This document shows positions 63,004 through 64,000 of a stretch of DNA of 64,000 bases, one piece after another. The stretch covers positions 1,856,001 to 1,920,000 of the forward strand of contig CAXXDV010000003.1 of NCBI GenBank assembly GCA_963674745.2, given 5' to 3'. Position numbers and translations under genes: made by a program. Numbering within the stretch: position 1 is the first letter of the stretch; each line of letters starts with the position of its first letter. Source of the DNA: Desulfosudaceae bacterium. GTDB lineage: Bacteria; Desulfobacterota; Desulfobacteria; Desulfobacterales; Desulfosudaceae. Below the pieces are notes generated by a model. The model had not been told where the DNA came from, ran no database searches, and worked only from the letters and a program-made list of their open reading frames with translations.

Positions 63004-64000
63004 TAAAACTTCCCCCTGTATTCTTAAACGAATTTTTTTTTTGAACAGCACGGCCTGACAAACTATGAGCGAATCCGCCTTCGATAATGACCTGAACAAA
63101 ATCTCCAGGCATCACAGACAGGCACTTTTCTGACAGTGTAAAGTTCACGACTTTGTTGGTCGTTGTGCGTCCGGTCCATTGTGCCTGTTCGGGTTCAATG
63201 GTGTCTTTTCTCGCGGACGAGCGCCTGCTGGGCCCTTCAACCAGGACCGTTAAGGTCTTGCCGACCAGCGCACGGTTCTTCTTCTGGCTTATATGTTTCT
63301 GGAAATCGAGTAACTGATTCAATCTCCTGTTTTTCTCTTTTTCCGAAATTTTATCAGAAAATTTTATCGCCGGCGCCAGCGGCCGGTCTGAATACATGAA
63401 CCCGAAAATACTGTCATACTCAACCTGTTCCAACAGGCTCATGGTCTCGTCAAAGTCTTCTCCGGTTTCACCCGGAAAGCCGACGATAATATCAGTTGAA
63501 AGCGCTATGTCACCGACTGTCTCCCGCAGTTTTAAAACCCTTTCCAGATACTGTTGCCGGGTGTATTTACGGTTCATGCGTTTAAGGATCCGGCTGGAAC
63601 CGGATTGCACGGGCAGGTGAAAATGATCGCATAATTTATCCAGGGTGACAAACGCCTGTATCAGTTCATCGGAAAAATCCTTGGGGTGGGACGTGACAAA
63701 CCGTATTCTTTCAATTCCATCGACATCATTCACCATGGCCAGCAATTCTGGAAACGTACAAAGCTTCTTCTTGTTCCCATAACTGTTCACATTCTGTCCC
63801 AATAGAACAATCTCTTTCACACCGGATGCGGCCAACTCCCGTACCTCTTCAACAATATAATCCGGGTGCCGACTGATTTCCCGTCCCCGCACATAAGGTA
63901 CCACACAGTAAGTACAATAGTTATCACACCCCCTCATGATGGTAATAAATTCCGAGACATTGTCTGAGTGCCTGCCATGCCGGACGCTGCCGGATCTATC
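62993..64000 (-). CDS. miaB: tRNA i6A37 methylthiotransferase MiaB (5' end outside window)
   Basis: IMRGCDNYCTYCVVPYVRG, LLGQNVNSY, TSHP, HLPVQSGS and a C-terminal TRAM domain. Confidence 0.93.
   Translation of the reverse strand, partial: DRSGSVRHGRHSDNVSEFITIMRGCDNYCTYCVVPYVRGREISRHPDYIVEEVRELAASGVKEIVLLGQNVNSYGNKKKLCTFPELLAMVNDVDGIERIRFVTSHPKDFSDELIQAFVTLDKLCDHFHLPVQSGSSRILKRMNRKYTRQQYLERVLKLRETVGDIALSTDIIVGFPGETGEDFDETMSLLEQVEYDSIFGFMYSDRPLAPAIKFSDKISEKEKNRRLNQLLDFQKHISQKKNRALVGKTLTVLVEGPSRRSSARKDTIEPEQAQWTGRTTTNKVVNFTLSEKCLSVMPGDFVQVIIEGGFAHSLSGRAVQKKNSFKNTGGSFNAA

Overview
GC-moderate bacterial chromosome segment. Gene content (Hdr/Mvh, MetVF, cobamide salvage, selenocysteine use) suggests an anaerobic Desulfobacterota-like organism; this is an inference. 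Left edge (1-2744): the end of an integron-type cassette array. It has two near-identical long attC-like sites, the first interrupted at its TTGT/T site by a reverse-oriented group IIC-attC intron whose RT ORF is missing from the ORF track. The cassettes encode a transglutaminase-like protein and a class D beta-lactamase-like protein. 4.9-12.6 kb: an hdrC-hdrB-hdrA-mvhD-metV-metF operon extended by an FrhB/FpoF-like gene; mvhD reads through an in-frame UGA (selenocysteine) with a SECIS-like hairpin. The middle holds mscS, corA, an AT-rich GT87-like orphan, a cobU-cobS-cobD-LUD-cbiB operon and assorted housekeeping genes. It also holds a glycogen cluster with a sigma54-type promoter, a GH13+GH133 bifunctional debranching enzyme and a eukaryote-like branching enzyme. 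A c-di-GMP neighbourhood follows (GAF-GGDEF, PilZ, PilB/GspE ATPase with seven MshEN-like motifs), with an archaeal-type ThyA. 55.4-58.5 kb is a second, decayed integrase-less attC cluster (LysE, Phd-RelE/ParE, LEA/WHy lipoprotein, HigA scrap). The window ends in a miaB...mnmA-mtaB operon. Intergenic regions carry GTAG-type REP/BIME repeats and a strand-biased family of 8-bp tandem repeats. No tRNA, rRNA, CRISPR array or integron integrase was seen. All calls come from motif reading by eye; no searches were run.
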